A stretch of 64,000 nt of DNA from Promethearchaeota archaeon (lineage in GTDB: Archaea > Asgardarchaeota > Lokiarchaeia > Sigyniarchaeales > SOKP01), in NCBI GenBank assembly GCA_019058445.1, contig JAHPZA010000009.1, forward strand, positions 224,001-288,000, read 5' to 3'. The notes below the pieces were generated by a model. It searched no databases and was not told where the DNA came from. It saw only the letters and a list, made by a program, of their open reading frames with translations. A program made the translations under genes and the position numbers. Every line of letters starts with the position of its first letter. Within the stretch, counting starts at the first letter, position 1. Of this stretch, positions 63,112-64,000 are shown one piece after another.

Positions 63112-64000
63112 TTATTCAATTACTTCCATAGGTTTTCCATGGTGTTCGGGGATTGGTTGAGCTCCACATGACGCACCCATCCAGCAGACTAATTGATCTC
63201 CTTCCTTATGCATCGCCTGTCCGCAATGCATCGGCAAGTCTTGCTCTATTCCACATTCCACACATTTTAATTTTCCCACTTTTTCTTCAACCTCCTTTTT
63301 TGGTTTACTTATTTCTTTATCTTCCTCAATTTCAATATATTTTTCAGGATTTTTCTTAAATTTTACTAAACATGATTGATTACAAAAATAATATTTCTTA
63401 CTTTTATGTTCATGCTCAATCCAATCTTCAGGTTTTCCTTTCATACCACAGACGGGATCGATAACAAGCTCCTGTTCCTTTATTCCTTTATGCATTAACT
63501 TTGGATCAATATTCTCAAATGTCTTATATTTCTCAGGATCACGTTTAAATTCTGCTTCGCATGAGGGATTACAAAAGTAATAGCTTTTTCCCTTGTAAGT
63601 GTACTCTATTGATTGACTGGGTATTATTTTCATGCCACAAATAGGATCTATTACCTCTTCTTCAAGAAGTAATTTTTCTTCTTCAATTTGTTGTTCGGTT
63701 TTAGGCTCAAAACGCTTTAAAAATAAAGCATTAGTAACCACTGACACCGAACTCGTAGCCATGAATACAGCTGCCAAGAATGGTGGTAAGAAGAATCCAG
63801 TAGAGTAATACAAAATTCCCGCAGCAATGGGAATTCCAATTAAGTTGTAAATGAAAGCCCAGAAAAGGTTCGTAATCATTTTTTTATAAGTTTTTTTAGA
63901 TAACTTAATTGCAGATACCACATTTCTCAAATCTCCTCGCATAAGCACAATATCAGCTGTTTCTATAGCAACATCAGTACCAGATCCTACAGCGATACCT
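63112..64000 (-). CDS. copA: C-terminal part of a Cu(I) P1B-type ATPase with two YHS domains and a Cys/His tail (5' end off window)
   Basis: [33 protein letters not shown]; two DPxCGM...YYFC repeats. Confidence 0.92.
   Translation of the reverse strand, partial: GIAVGSGTDVAIETADIVLMRGDLRNVVSAIKLSKKTYKKMITNLFWAFIYNLIGIPIAAGILYYSTGFFLPPFLAAVFMATSSVSVVTNALFLKRFEPKTEQQIEEEKLLLEEEVIDPICGMKIIPSQSIEYTYKGKSYYFCNPSCEAEFKRDPEKYKTFENIDPKLMHKGIKEQELVIDPVCGMKGKPEDWIEHEHKSKKYYFCNQSCLVKFKKNPEKYIEIEEDKEISKPKKEVEEKVGKLKCVECGIEQDLPMHCGQAMHKEGDQLVCWMGASCGAQPIPEHHGKPMEVIE

Noticed and set aside
821-63359. Many short (60-110 aa) ORFs antisense to or nested in longer genes, e.g. 821..1072, 22230..22559, 45271..45603, 63153..63359
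   Set aside because: They are shadow frames of well-supported genes and have no motifs.
1-64000. CRISPR arrays, tRNA or rRNA genes
   Set aside because: No spaced direct repeats or GC-rich structured-RNA islands were noticed in intergenic regions by eye. tRNAscan-SE/Infernal would be needed to exclude small RNAs.

Overview
AT-rich, gene-dense chromosomal window that looks like Asgard archaeal (Lokiarchaeia-like) DNA. This is inferred from gene content: tandem Rab-like small GTPases, several roadblock/longin/V4R proteins, three MPN/JAMM proteins, 7TM proteins with C-terminal zinc fingers, hdrBC, and the archaeal homocysteine-synthesis pair. I recognised no tRNA, rRNA, CRISPR array or transposase. 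The standout is a chlD-type AAA+/vWA chelatase gene (43404..45641, minus strand) split by a 30-nt insertion (45043..45072) that carries an in-frame TAG. The insertion folds into a canonical bulge-helix-bulge (BHB) motif. Cutting at the standard BHB positions removes exactly the insertion and restores the conserved motif MNPEEGELRPQ. It is therefore a candidate tRNA-endonuclease-spliced mRNA intron in an Asgard protein-coding gene. Other notable items: an MPN+/MPN- tandem pair, three split Pls-like membrane LbH acyltransferase genes, a TFB-like/tandem-HNH/wHTH two-gene module, a sacsin-like HEXXH giant protein, a 38-bp perfect inverted repeat in a frameshifted gene, and several likely non-AUG starts. 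All family assignments come from motif recognition by eye; no searches were run.
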